DNA of 62,896 bases, filler included, from Octopus bimaculoides (Eukaryota): the NCBI RefSeq assembly GCF_001194135.2. It is 7 parts of 6 records of this genome, joined end to end, with 100 filler letters (N's around TTAATTAATTAA, not from the genome) between each part and the next. Parts side by side here need not be neighbours in the genome. Positions count along the whole stretch, not along the records: positions 19,322 to 39,605 come from NC_068994.1; positions 39,706 to 45,083 come from NC_068994.1; positions 45,184 to 50,540 come from NC_069005.1; 4 more parts are not named here. One strand, written 5' to 3'. The notes under the pieces were generated by a model, which searched no databases, was not told where the DNA came from, and saw only the letters and a list, made by a program, of their open reading frames with translations. This document shows positions 36,301 to 48,768 of the stretch, piece by piece (the first letter of the stretch is position 1; each line of letters opens with the position of its first letter). The position numbers were made by a program, and so were the translations under genes.

Positions 36301-38294
36301 TCAGTGGGACATTATATTAAAAATTAATCAAAAGAAACACAGAGCATCTAAACAGGAATGTGGTAACAAAAGTGTTAAGTAATGTCACTGTAGGTGTGAT
36401 AGGAGATGAAGAAGAGGGCTGAGTTCATGGATGACAAGAGATGAATGAAACTGATGGGAGAAAGAGGCTTATGCTTCAGGATGATAGAATGTGTGGCAAA
36501 AGATGAGCAAGAGATAGAGGTTTCAAGACAGAGTCGAATAACAAACGAGACTGGTGTTTTAAGCAGGGTCATCATACATATGGCGAAAGACGAGGAAGCT
36601 AATGTTCTAGCAAGGCTATTTGGCAGGAGGGAAAATGTTACTTTTTGGCCAATTCACTAAACAGTAAACAAAAATTTTCGAAAATCCTCTTGTGCCAATG
36701 AGAATTCACAGAGGTTGTAATGAAGGAGAAGCAAATCCTAGCCAGCTGTAGATAACATGTCACAGATTTTCTGGTGATTATTCCTTAACAGCTAAATTGA
36801 ACAAGCATATACAGAAACAAAACAACGTTTGTATTCTTTATCGCGATTCTTCCTGCACTTTCTTCACCATTTCTTGCTCCCCTATGCTCTAATCTCAAGT
36901 CCCATCACGGCTACCTCACTTCTTGTAATTTTTCTTTTTTTTTAATTAGCAGTTATATACCATGGCCTTTAAACCAACTTCTCATACAAGAAAATGATAC
37001 ACTCTCTGCCAAATCAATAAGAAATCTTTATTTTGAAAACTGTTCTCCCAACATGAAAGCTTCGATGACTAAAGAGAGAAAGACACGGTACTTGCAAGTT
37101 ATGGTAGCACCCAAAATAGACAAAAAGTAATCAGCTTCTATGACATCACACATTCTTTGGTTAGGAACAGATAAATGATTAAATGCTTTTTTAAAAATAA
37201 AACTGCCAGACATGTAAAATAAATTTGTTTTAGCACACTTTGTATTATGCCAACTGCACAGAAGGCATTCTCAGAGTATGTGGGGGGGAAAATGACGAGA
37301 TTCTCACTGAATACATATATGAATGAATAAAAAAATTTAGCAATAGGGCCATTATCAAGCCTGCCACATGGAACATTGGTACTTGTCTCCATCTTGGATT
37401 GCTGATTGTTGAGAGATTTCTCTCTGCATGAAACCAATGGTAGCCTTGTTAACCCACATATGAAGTACACACACACACACACACACACATAGAAAACATA
37501 AGGAGTGCATTGTGCTACATAAATATCTGAAGGATTTTTTTTTTAAAGAACATAACTGGAAAATTTATCAAAACCATGGAAAATTTGACAAAAACAAAAC
37601 ACGGAAAATTCATAGCCAATTCCACATCTGCCAATGTCCAAGAGATCTTGGTAGTTTGCACTATTATCATTGAGACTATTCCTTCATTGGAGGTGCTACT
37701 GCTAAAAAAAGTCATTGGGAATAGCTAATAAATGTATAGGAGAATGATGAAAACAAACTGAAATATATATATATATATGCATGTATATATGTTGTGTGTG
37801 TGTATGTATGTATGTATATATATGTATGTATGTATGTGTGTGTATGTATGTGTGTGTATGTATGTGTGTATATATATATATATANNNNNNNNNNNNNNNN
37901 NNNNNNNNNNNNNNNNNNNNNNNNNNNNNNNNNNNNNNNNNNNNNNNNNNNNNNNNNNNNNNNNNNNNNNNNNNNNNNNNNNNNNNNNNNNNNNNNNNNN
38001 NNNNNNNNNNNNNNNNNNNNNNNNNNNNNNNNNNNNNNNNNNNNNNNNNNNNNNNNNNNNNNNNNNNNNNNNNNNNNNNNNNNNNNNNNNNNNNNNNNNN
38101 NNNNNNNNNNNNNNNNNNNNNNNNNNNNNNNNNNNNNNNNNNNNNNNNNNNNNNNNNNNNNNNNNNNNNNNNNNNNNNNNNNNNNNNNNNNNNNNNNNNN
38201 NNNNNNNNNNNNNNNNNNNNNNNNNNNNNNNNNNNNNNNNNNNNNNNNNNNNNNNNNNNNNNNNNNNNNNNNNNNNNNNNNNNNNNNNNNNNNN

Positions 38295-38660
38295 ATAAGC
38301 ACCATTCGAGTGTGATTATTACCAGCGTCGCCTTACTGGCACTTGTGCTGGTGGCATGTGAAAAACAACATTCAAGCGAGGTCATTGCCAGTGCCACTGA
38401 ACTGGCTCCTCTGCAGGTGGCACATAAAAAACACCATTTGAGCATGGCCGTTGCCAGTACCGCCTGACTGGCCCTCGTGCTGGTGGCATGTAAAAGCATT
38501 CACTACACTCTCGGAGTGGTTGGCATTAGGAAGGGCATCCAGCTGTAGAAACTCTGCCAGATCAGATTGGAGCCTGGTGCAACCATCTGGCTAGCCAGTC
38601 CTCAGTCAAACCGTCCAACCCATGCCAGCATGGACATTAAACAATGATGATGATGATGAT
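38295..38660 (+). mobile_element. Repeat family C
   Basis: Internal subunits, GGAAGGGCATCCAGCTGTAGAAAC, ends ACATTAAACAA(TGA)n. Confidence 0.8.
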
Positions 38661-39145
38661 ATATAAAGCTGTATCTCGTATTTTGGATATCTAAGTGGTC
38701 AAGTTTTTGATAAAACGGTTGGCTCCACTTATGGTTGAATAGGTGGCCACTTTCGAAATCATGACTGCCATTCCTCAAAGAACTTCATATTAATTTCACA
38801 AGCTAGAAACATGCCGACATAGCATTAACAGCTAATAAAAACCTTCACATACATAGTATGAATGTTTGTTTTTATTACGATTGTAAGCAGGTAGGTGCGA
38901 TATGAGGGATGCATGATGATGACATCAACTAGATTTAAAATCCATACAAGTAAGTTTTTCTTACAGACTTTTTCTCACAGATTAAATATGTTTTTCGAAA
39001 TCCCATCTCAAACAAACAATCCTTTGTTAATAATATGTTGAGTTTTAAAATTTCTACAAGATGTTCAAAAATTATCTACATCTTGTATTTTGCTTATGGC
39101 TTTTTCAGAAACAAACAAGCACCAAGAAACCAAAAGTGTGTGTGA

Positions 39146-39182
<37 letters not shown>

Positions 39183-39354
39183 GTGATGGTAGTGGTGGTT
39201 GTTGGTAAATGGTACAGCTTTCAAGTAAAAAATCCTATAACAGTAGAATACCAAGTTTAAAAGAATTCCTTGGAGAAAAGACTGAAGGCTGGGGCTTTTT
39301 AACCTAGTATTTTGTATTCTATTATTTATACCTTTCTCTACTTCAAGTTCCACT

Positions 39355-39605
39355 GTTAGCTTCCGCTATCTGGGCGACCAAGTTAGTAGTGGGGGTGGGT
39401 GCGCTGAAAGTGTAGCTGCTAGAATAAGAATAGCCTGGGCAAAGTTTAGAGAGCTCTTACCCCTGCTGGCGACAAAGGGACTCTCACTCAGAGTAAAAGG
39501 CAGACTGTATGACGCATGCGTACGAACAACCATGCTACATGGCAGTGAAACATGGGCTGTAACTGCTGAGGACATACGTAAGCTCGCAAGGAATGAAGCC
39601 AGTAT
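39355..39605 (+). mobile_element. RTE-clade LINE reverse transcriptase C-terminal fragment
   Basis: Open frame VSFRYLGDQVSSGGGCAESVAARIRIAWAKFRELLPLLATKGLSLRVKGRLYDACVRTTMLHGSETWAVT; cut by the spacer. Confidence 0.85.
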
Positions 39606-39705
39606 NNNNNNNNNNNNNNNNNNNNNNNNNNNNNNNNNNNNNNNNNNNNTTAATTAATTAANNNNNNNNNNNNNNNNNNNNNNNNNNNNNNNNNNNNNNN
39701 NNNNN
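39606..39705. other. Artificial scaffold-joining spacer
   Basis: 44 N + TTAATTAATTAA (39650-39661) + 44 N. Confidence 0.95.
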
Positions 39706-40095
39706 TATGTGTATATATATGTATATATATATATGTATATATATATGTATATATATATGTGTATATATATGTATATATATATGTATATATATGTATATAT
39801 ATATGTATATATGTATATATATATGTATATATATATGTATATATATGTATATATATGTATATATATGTATATATATATGTATATATATGTATATATATAT
39901 GTGTATATATATGTATATATATATGTATATATATATGTATATATATATGTATATATATGTATATATATATGTATATATATATGTATATATATGTGTATAT
40001 ATATGTATATATATATGTGTATATATATGTATATATATATGTATATATATATGTATATATATATGTATATATATATGTATATATATATATATACA
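39706..40095. repeat. (TA)nTG-derived compound satellite
   Basis: About 390 bp of TA runs punctuated by TG every 8-14 bp. Confidence 0.9.
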
Positions 40096-40306
40096 TAACT
40101 ATACATATATGATGCAGCACGAAGTTTTGTCAGTGACCAGGTCACAGTTTCTAAGCAACAAAAATATTTTGACTCAAATTAAATTTAAATGTTGAAGTGA
40201 AACTAAAGGCTTTTGTGTGTTCTTAAATGGCTTGCAAACATCTTCCATGCTGCAATTGTTTATGTGTGTGTGTGTATGTGAGTGTGTGTATGTGTCTGTT
40301 TGCATG

Positions 40307-40371
<65 letters not shown>

Positions 40372-41105
40372 GTTTGCAAGTATGTATATATGTATGTATG
40401 TATACATGTGCAGGTGGATGTATGTATAGATACTACACACACATATATATGCCTTCTAGAATAGCTCTTCAGGTCATACAATACTGTATCGATGTTTATT
40501 GAGTTGCTGGATAGACTAAGATTAATACTGTATGCATTTATCATATGCATAATAAAATATGCACTGAATTTCTTTCACTTCTCTTGTGAAGCATAACTGA
40601 AATATGTATTAAATCTATAAATGACTTTATATATATTAGAAAGCAATATTAATTTTGCTTCACTTGTGAAACTAAATATACACTACTGAAAAATAATTGC
40701 TTAATGAAATTTTTAACAAAACATAAAATTAATGCATGTATGTAATTTCTATTGCTTCACTGATTAAACTTAGTTGAAATATATTTATTAAACATATAGA
40801 TAATGGCATTAACCATATCACAAAAGAATATGAATTACATTTCTGTGAAAAAAAAAAGATTTTAGATATAGAATGATAATGAAACAGTTTATTAAAAATG
40901 CTCATCGAAGCAGTTATTCATGAATGAATTGGAAATAAATTTTAAAATATAGAATTGTATATATATTTTTAAAAATCACTGCCTAATAAAGAAACATGAA
41001 TTTCATTTTGACTCACAAAACTAAAATATACATACAAAACTTAATGCCAGTCTTTCAAGTCAAATGTAAACAATGTTATGCATCACTTCACTGATTAAAC
41101 TCAAC

Positions 41106-41143
<38 letters not shown>

Positions 41144-41249
41144 ATNNNNNNNNNNNNNNNNNNNNNNNNNNNNNNNNNNNNNNNNNNNNNNNNNNNNNNN
41201 NNNNNNNNNNNNNNNNNNNNNNNNNNNNNNNNNNNNNNNNNNNNNNNNN

Positions 41250-41298
<49 letters not shown>

Positions 41299-41611
41299 CA
41301 CATTACAAAGAAATAGGAATTTCACTTCAATGACATATTTAGATGGAAAATGATAAGAAACATCTGTACTAGAAAGGAAATGGATATGGATGCGATGTCA
41401 ATGAGTATGGATTTGATGAGTAGCCATCAGCAGATTCCCGAAATTACTGCTGGAAAAATGCACAGATACATATGATTTATTTTAATTAAGAATGGATGGA
41501 TGGATGGATGGATGGATATTATTTATTATAAATACCTGCAGTTTGATGTGCAGCTAAAAGAAAATTTTACTTTAAACACATGCATGTATAAAAACACACA
41601 TAAACTCACAC

Positions 41612-41656
<45 letters not shown>

Positions 41657-41668
41657 CANNNNNNNNNN

Positions 41669-41711
<43 letters not shown>

Positions 41712-41774
41712 CACATGCAAGCACATTCACACGTATATATTCAAATTTATACACATGTACGTATATGCACACTC

Positions 41775-42108
41775 TTTTACTCTTTTATTTGTTTCAGTCA
41801 TTTGACTGTGGCCATGCTGGAGCACCGCCTTTTTAATCGAGCAAATCGACCCCAGGACTTAATCTTTGGAAGCCTAGTACTTATTCTATCAGTCTCTTTT
41901 TGCCGAGCCGCTAAGTTACGGGGACGTAAACACACCAGCATCGGTTGTCAAGCGATAGTGAGGGGGACAAACACAGACACACATACATATATATATATAT
42001 ATATACATATATACGACGGGCTTCTTTCAGTTTCCGTCTACCAAATCCACTCACAAGGCTTTGGTCGGCCCGAGGCTATAGTAGAAGACACTTGCCCAAG
42101 GTGCCATG
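41775..42108 (-). mobile_element. SINE family A, near full length with internal (TA)n
   Basis: Tail, central microsatellite and core all present; head lost in N gap. Confidence 0.88.
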
Positions 42109-43519
42109 NNNNNNNNNNNNNNNNNNNNNNNNNNNNNNNNNNNNNNNNNNNNNNNNNNNNNNNNNNNNNNNNNNNNNNNNNNNNNNNNNNNNNNNNNNNN
42201 NNNNNNNNNNNNNNNNNNNNNNNNNNNNNNNNNNNNNNNNNNNNNNNNNNNNNNNNNNNNNNNNNNNNNNNNNNNNNNNNNNNNNNNNNNNNNNNNNNNN
42301 NNNNNNNNNNNNNNNNNNNNNNNNNNNNNNNNNNNNNNNNNNNNNNNNNNNNNNNNNNNNNNNNNNNNNNNNNNNNNNNNNNNNNNNNNNNNNNNNNNNN
42401 NNNNNNNNNNNNNNNNNNNNNNNNNNNNNNNNNNNNNNNNNNNNNNNNNNNNNNNNNNNNNNNNNNNNNNNNNNNNNNNNNNNNNNNNNNNNNNNNNNNN
42501 NNNNNNNNNNNNNNNNNNNNNNNNNNNNNNNNNNNNNNNNNNNNNNNNNNNNNNNNNNNNNNNNNNNNNNNNNNNNNNNNNNNNNNNNNNNNNNNNNNNN
42601 NNNNNNNNNNNNNNNNNNNNNNNNNNNNNNNNNNNNNNNNNNNNNNNNNNNNNNNNNNNNNNNNNNNNNNNNNNNNNNNNNNNTATATATATATATATAT
42701 ATATATATTTACTATATTCATTATACTTATTTTATTTGAAGTTAGAGCACCATTTTCTCATTAGTAAGAATATGCCTTTCTTTCCATGGTCTTCAAAGTA
42801 ATGTTTACGACATTTGCATTTTTGATCAATGGAGATGATACATCTTTAGTTGTCTTAATGTCATTTGTCAGCTGCAGTCAAGTCATTGTCTTGTTGTTGC
42901 TGATGTTATTTAGCCCAAGGTCAAAAGTGATTCTTCTGTACAAGTATGATCAAAGACAATCTAGCCACGATAATTCCATCTTGTTTACAGATAGTCTGTA
43001 GCCAAAACCACTACATTCAATGCGTGCTTCTTTCATCAAGAGGATAAGATGTAATTTAATAAGATTTTGTTGTTAATTCTAGCAGACTCAGTCACCATAT
43101 AGGCGTTCCTCAGCTTGGCAAAGTTTACTACTTTGATCAATTCTGATGGATAGTTTAGCAGAGTGCAGTTTTGTCTACAATTGAGATGTTATTTTGTTAA
43201 TAGATGGGGGGTGCCCTTTAAATAATGCTGAATTATAACTTTAAATAAATGACACAAACATATGCCACAGATCGACACCATGGCTTGAACTTGGAAATCT
43301 TGGTTTCCAAACACGAGGCTGTAATCAATATTTTATCATGTCAGCAAAAATCTGACCAATGGTTTTCTAGGAATTTTTGGAACCTGGTGTTTATTAAAAA
43401 TATTTTTTTTACATATCAAGTTATCCCCAAAACACTACATAGTTTAGTGGTCTTAATAATATGCATAGATACATATTTTTATGACTCTGGCTTCCATGCT
43501 AGTGGCCCGTAAATAGCAC

Positions 43520-43875
43520 AATTTGAGTGTAATTGTTACCAGCGTTGCCTTTCAGCACTTGTGCTTGTGGCACGTCAGAAAATCCTTCGAGCAAGGTCGT
43601 TGCCAGTGCCACTGGACTGGCTTCCGTGCAGGTAGCACATAAAAAACACCTTTTTGAGCGTGGCCATTGCCAGTATCGTGTGACTGGCCCTCGTGCCGGT
43701 GGCACGTAAAGGCCCCCACAACACTCTTGGAGTGGTTGGCGTTAGGAAGGGCATCCAGATCAGATTGGAGCCTGGTACAGCCTTCTGGTTTGCCAGTCCT
43801 CAGTCAAATCGTCCAACCCATGCTAGCATGGAAAGCGGACATTAGACAATGATGATGATGATGATGATGATGATG
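43520..43875 (+). mobile_element. Repeat family C
   Basis: Internal subunits; ends GGAAAGCGGACATTAGACAA(TGA)n. Confidence 0.8.
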
Positions 43876-44149
43876 GCTCAGAAGCTTGCCCCTCCTCCCC
43901 CAATTATATAGTTTTGTGCAAGTGTATTCTACTAGAGTCTGAGGCTGACCAAAGCCGTGTGAGTGGACTTGGTAGAAAGAAACTAAAAGAAGCTCATAGT
44001 ATACACATACAAATACACTCCCACAAGCATATATATGAGTGTGACCTTGTCTTAACATTGTACGATGGTTGTTCAATTCCAAGTAGAAGCATTGTTCATA
44101 TCCAATCTTCTATGAAAACATATCTGGTCACGGGGAAATATCACCTTCC

Positions 44150-44420
44150 ACCACAAAATCCAAATTTTGTTGTAATGTGGCGCCTTGTGTGCCTCAGTGG
44201 CACTAAGCGTTGTGCCAACAAAACCAGGGTTGTACATTCCAGGTGTGCTAGGTATGCGCTACATACCCATCAAAAATGGCAAATTCATTATATTAACCGT
44301 AATCGTTAATTTAATCACAAATCTTAATGGAAAACTTTTGTTATACCCCTGCCTGAAATTTGGTGGCATTGGGTGTGGCATCACACCCAATACAACAACC
44401 ATCATATGCCACTAAACACA
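44150..44420 (+). mobile_element. Highly degraded RTE/BovB-like LINE RT fragment
   Basis: VHSRCARYALHTHQKWQIHYIN resembles RTE FH.RCLR.IL.IKWQ..I.N; frameshifted. Confidence 0.4.
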
Positions 44421-45083
44421 ACTTCGTATGCTGGACAAATTAAAGGATAAGAGGCTAGATTAATATGGACCACTTCTTCCCCAAGATAAAACTGGGTTTG
44501 CATGGGGCTAAGGTTGCCACCTAAAACAAAGAATGTAATGAGAGAAGCATTGATGACAATTCAAAACCAAAAAGATCTGGGAACAGAAAACCTTCCCTCG
44601 GAAAACATATTCTGAGGAAGTGGCCCCGACAGCCCAGAAATAGTGGAGAAAAGTTATTCAAGGCCTATGCTTCACAGGGAGCAAAGGGCTTGAATAAGTA
44701 AGTTGAGGATTGTTGACAGGAAGAGCATCTGTCAGCAAATGTCTGCGTTAATGAATTCTGTCTGACCCATGCAAGCCTGGAAAATAAACGTTAAAATATG
44801 ACGATGATGGTGATCTCTCTCTCTCTCTCAAGCGCACACACATACACCCGTACATGTGTGTGTATGTGTGTATCTGTGTGTGTGTGTGTGTGTGCATATG
44901 CAGCTTGTTCTATGCACCAGTAATATACAGCTATACATCTTAATATATTCATTCTATCAATTTATCACTTCAACATAATTCAATGACATATCTTATTGGT
45001 TATCGGATTTCCACTTCACAAAGAGTTAATAAGCCAACATTTCTGTTTCTTGAACTCTCTTACCACGATTTCAAAATAAATAA

Positions 45084-45183
45084 NNNNNNNNNNNNNNNNN
45101 NNNNNNNNNNNNNNNNNNNNNNNNNNNTTAATTAATTAANNNNNNNNNNNNNNNNNNNNNNNNNNNNNNNNNNNNNNNNNNNN
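45084..45183. other. Artificial scaffold-joining spacer
   Basis: 44 N + TTAATTAATTAA (45128-45139) + 44 N. Confidence 0.95.
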
Positions 45184-45362
45184 ATATATTCAGATATATA
45201 TATGCATTTAGCAATACGCAAACGTATATATATATAAATACACACACACAAGTATATGTGTGTGCCCAATTGTATTGCTATATCATCATATAACAAGGAA
45301 GTTAACATATCTTTATCTATATCTCTGTGTGTGTAAGTGCGCATGCGTATGCACCTGTCTGT

Positions 45363-45404
<42 letters not shown>

Positions 45405-45779
45405 ACACACAGACAAACACTCATACACACACGGATACATACACACGCTTCCATGGAACCTAATGGCTGCATCTTCTATACGCCTATGTCGGCAAATTCA
45501 ATAGAATCTTTATTTTGCAGCTGATCTTGATACGATTTAGACCAACTTAGTGGGGATTATCTAATTAAGGAAGAAGGGAGACGGGGGTGGAGGGTAGAGA
45601 GGGAGAGGAAGCGAAAGAAGGGGGCTAGGATGAGAAGGAAGGAGGGAGGGATAGAGTGAGGAAACAAATTAGAATTTAATACGACTTCTTAATGTGTGCA
45701 TATGTGTGTGTAAAGATGTGTGTAATTTATACGATATATATGTATGCATGCATATAAGTATCTACGTACGTACGTATGT

Positions 45780-45812
45780 AAGTGTATATATATATATATA
45801 TATTTAAATATG

Positions 45813-45859
<47 letters not shown>

Positions 45860-46126
45860 ATATATTTAAATATATACATATGTATATGTATGTGTGTGTA
45901 TATATATATATACGTTTATACATATATATACGTATATATGAATATATATATATATATATACGTATATACATATATATGTATACGTATATATATGTATATA
46001 TATATGTATATGTATATATGTATATGTATATATATATGTATATGAATACATATATATATATATGTATATATATAGGTATATATATATATGTGTATATGTA
46101 TGTATATACATGTACATATATATATG

Positions 46127-46209
<83 letters not shown>
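45780..46209. repeat. Compound (TA)n-based microsatellite leading into an N gap
   Basis: Directly visible. Confidence 0.9.
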
Positions 46210-46734
46210 NNNNNNNNNNNNNNNNNNNNNNNNNNNNNNNNNNNNNNNNNNNNNNNNNNNNNNNNNNNNNNNNNNNNNNNNNNNNNNNNNNNNNNNNNNN
46301 NNNNNNNNNNNNNNNNNNNNNNNNNNNNNNNNNNNNNNNNNNNNNNNNNNNNNNNNNNNNNNNNNNNNNNNNNNNNNNNNNNNNNNNNNNNNNNNNNNNN
46401 NNNNNNNNNNNNNNNNNNNNNNNNNNNNNNNNNNNNNNNNNNNNNNNNNNNNNNNNNNNNNNNNNNNNNNNNNNNNNNNNNNNNNNNNNNNNNNNNNNNN
46501 NNNNNNNNNNNNNNNNNNNNNNNNNNNNNNNNNNNNNNNNNNNNNNNNNNNNNNNNNNNNNNNNNNNNNNNNNNNNNNNNNNNNNNNNNNNNNNNNNNNN
46601 NNNNNNNNNNNNNNNNNNNNNNNNNNNNNNNNNNNNNNNNNNNNNNNNNNNNNNNNNNNNNNNNNNNNNNNNNNNNNNNNNNNNNNNNNNNNNNNNNNNN
46701 NNNNNNNNNNNNNNNNNNNNNNNNNNNNNNNNNN

Positions 46735-46795
<61 letters not shown>
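46735..46795. repeat. (AG)n microsatellite
   Basis: About 30 AG units. Confidence 0.95.
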
Positions 46796-46798
<3 letters not shown>

Positions 46799-47234
46799 AG
46801 GTGAGTAGAGTCAGACGGACGAGGGAAGAGAATTGGTAGATTTTTAAACTGTGAATAATAGGGAATCAAATAGATTGGATCTGTTGATGACGTAAACTGA
46901 CGAACATTTTTTTGTGTTTTTGTTGGCTGGTGGTGGTGGTGGCGGCGAGTCAAAGGTTAGCGAAATGTCTGCCAGGCGGAACAACAGAACAGTGTATGAG
47001 CATTAGGTAATTGGTGGACATACACTCACACACAGACACACTCACACACAGACGTACAAACACACACCCGCACATTCACACAGACACACACACAGATGTA
47101 CAAGCACTCACACTCCAATACACGTGTGCACTTATACAAATGCACACGTGCGCACATACACACACATAACGGAATGCCGAACATACAGGCACACTTATTC
47201 AAGTACACAGACTGAAACGAAATATATATATATA

Positions 47235-47410
47235 TACAGGGGTTGGATAAAATAATGGAAACATCTTAAAATTTCAAACAAACTTATTTTAATATAGGGT
47301 AGGACTGCCTTTGGCAGTAATTACAGCTTGAATTCTACAGCTTGATTAATGTTCTCATTAATCAAATAAAAGATGTCGTTAGAAACGGCCGTAATGGATT
47401 GACACCTGTA
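47235..47410 (-). mobile_element. Short derivative of the Tc1-like element in segment B
   Basis: 47235-47337 is the reverse complement of about 7035-7133 (TIR plus transposase 3' end); the other end reads TACAGGTGTC on the minus strand. Confidence 0.7.
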
Positions 47411-48065
47411 CTACTTTGTTACTCACTTATATTATATTATATATATANNNNNNNNNNNNNNNNNNNNNNNNNNNNNNNNNNNNNNNNNNNNNNNNNNNNN
47501 NNNNNNNNNNNNNNNNNNNNNNNNNNNNNNNNNNNNNNNNNNNNNNNNNNNNNNNNNNNNNNNNNNNNNNNNNNNNNNNNNNNNNNNNNNNNNNNNNNNN
47601 NNNNNNNNNNNNNNNNNNNNNNNNNNNNNNNNNNNNNNNNNNNNNNNNNNNNNNNNNNNNNNNNNNNNNNNNNNNNNNNNNNNNNNNNNNNNNNNNNNNN
47701 NNNNNNNNNNNNNNNNNNNNNNNNNNNNNNNNNNNNNNNNNNNNNNNNNNNNNNNNNNNNNNNNNNNNNNNNNNNNNNNNNNNNNNNNNNNNNNNNNNNN
47801 NNNNNNNNNNNNNNNNNNNNNNNNNNNNNNNNNNNNNNNNNNNNNNNNNNNNNNNNNNNNNNNNNNNNNNNNNNNNNNNNNNNNNNNNNNNNNNNNNNNN
47901 NNNNNNNNNNNNNNNNNNNNNNNNNNNNNNNNNNNNNNNNNNNNNNNNNNNNNNNNNNNNNNNNNNNNNNNNNNNNNNNNNNNNNNNNNNNNNNNNNNNN
48001 NNNNNNNNNNNNNNNNNNNNNNNNNNNNNNNNNNNNNNNNNNNNNNNNNNNNNNNNNNNNNNNNN

Positions 48066-48108
<43 letters not shown>

Positions 48109-48344
48109 ATGTATGTGTACATGTATGTTTGTATGTACGTATATGTCTTTAAGTGTAATAGCATAAATTTTGTTCAACAGAGATGATGTTCATTATTGCC
48201 TTTCATAACATCACAGCATGTGCGTGTGTATGTACTTATATGTGCGCGCGTGCGCGTGTGAAATGTAGGTTCGTAAGAATTATATATATACGTCTGTCTA
48301 TATACTTGTATAAATTTCTCTCTCACCTTCTCTCTGTCTCTCAC

Positions 48345-48375
<31 letters not shown>

Positions 48376-48711
48376 TTCTCTCTCTCACACACACTCTCTC
48401 TCTCATTTCTGTGTCTGTGTGCACAAACTGGTCCGCGGCACATGGAGGAGTTTGTGTCTAACAGCTGCATTTATGTGTGAACGAATGATCGTGTGTGTGT
48501 ATATATGTATTAAAGTGTATATGTTTCTATGTGTATGTATATGCTATTACACATACAAAAATGCAGCTAACGTGTATATGTATGTATGTATGTTGTTTGT
48601 TGCTCTCTTACCTGTCTCCGTTTTCTGGCTTTTGTTTTTTCTATATAATTTCAAACCGCGCACACACACGTACTCACACATATATGTGCATATATATATA
48701 TGCACATATGT

Positions 48712-48768
<57 letters not shown>

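Noticed and set aside
36445-36660. 71-aa ORF MKLMGERGLCF...
   Set aside because: No recognisable domain or splice structure; likely a decayed repeat.
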